DNA of 62,327 bases, filler included, from Globobulimina sp. (taxonomy: Eukaryota), in assembly GCA_003354225.1 (NCBI GenBank). It is 37 parts of 37 records of this genome, joined end to end, with 100 filler letters (N's around TTAATTAATTAA, not from the genome) between each part and the next. Parts side by side here need not be neighbours in the genome. Positions count along the whole stretch, not along the records: positions 60,743 to 62,327 come from PIVH01014482.1; 36 more parts are not named here. One strand, 5' to 3'. Each line of letters opens with the position of its first letter. The stretch's first letter is position 1. The position numbers and the translations under genes are program-made. Shown here piece by piece: positions 61,700 to 62,327 of the stretch. The notes beneath the pieces were generated by a model, which was given only the letters and a program-made list of their open reading frames with translations, made no database searches and was not told where the DNA came from.

Positions 61700-62190
61700 G
61701 GAGACAGTAGTCTCCCAAAACCATTGTGTGGATCATATATCGCAGTGAATTCGAATTCACAAAATGCAGTCTTTCGGATTGGTGGATGTGACGGTTACAC
61801 TCGCAGCGGTCATCTATGTTATTCAGACGATATTTCATCCACGTCATACGTTTGGGATACATCAATTTCTGCACAATTTGCAGAGATAACAATAACTTCA
61901 AAGCCAGGCGTAGCTGCATGGAATCCCTCTGTCGGATATCCATTCCCAATGTACTGTCGGAATCCCTCTGTCGGATATAATGTATATCCCATAATCCATA
62001 AATACGATACAATCAACAAAACTTATATTATTCGTGCACTGTGTTTGATAAAATAGAGAGTAAAATATATTTATTAGGTGGATATGCAACCGGTGCGTAT
62101 TATGGATCCCTTCAAATTTATGATATACACTCCAATTCATGGCAATCCTACACAAATGCCGCACAATATGTATGGCGGTCCGTGCGTCTT
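61700..62190 (+). CDS. Kelch-like repeat fragment, interrupted
   Basis: FRIGGCDG and IYLLGGY...QIYDIHSNSW in different frames. Confidence 0.45.
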
Positions 62191-62327
62191 AACAAAGGAC
62201 AGGAACATATTGCTAATGAGAACAAAGCAGAAATAGTTTTGGATGCATGGATTTATTGCAATTGAAGCAAAATATACTTTGATTGTATCTATTAATTTGA
62301 TAGTAGCCTTTGAAAAAAGAAGAAAGA

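Noticed and set aside
61919-61978. GGAATCCCTCTGTCGGATAT repeated twice, 39 bp apart, like a repeat-spacer unit
   Set aside because: Only two copies, in frame within a coding-like region; a simple local duplication.
1-62327. Regularly spaced TTAATTAATTAA as a CRISPR-like or biological repeat; gene clusters across linkers
   Set aside because: It is a synthetic six-frame-stop linker inside N runs and contigs are ordered by length, so no operon or system can be inferred across it.

Overview
This window is not one locus. It is an artificial concatenation of 37 short contigs (1589 down to 1585 bp, sorted by length) joined by 100-nt linkers (44 N + TTAATTAATTAA + 44 N), so adjacency across linkers has no meaning and ORFs running into X are truncated. 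Most contigs look like an AT-rich protist genome with short (about 50-80 nt) GT-AG introns. The gene content suggests a foraminiferan or other rhizarian (inference): G-alpha, PPR, RCC1, Kelch, TLDc, serpin, alpha-carbonic anhydrase, very divergent alpha-tubulin, AP-2 mu, LIG4, synapsin-like and a U2 snRNA 5' end. Some contigs may be foreign (a Maverick/Polinton integrase-penton fragment, a LINE RT), and abrupt GC-rich tails look like amplification chimeras. Most notable: an intron-containing degenerate GGDEF-ankyrin gene, a membrane-anchored caspase-fold protein, an ADP-ribosyltransferase-like protein, a KDZ-type transposase, several MITE-like families (two recur on different contigs), a GA-AG intron, and a CCA/poly(A)-polymerase-like protein with an altered templating motif. 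All family calls come from motif recognition by eye; no searches were run.
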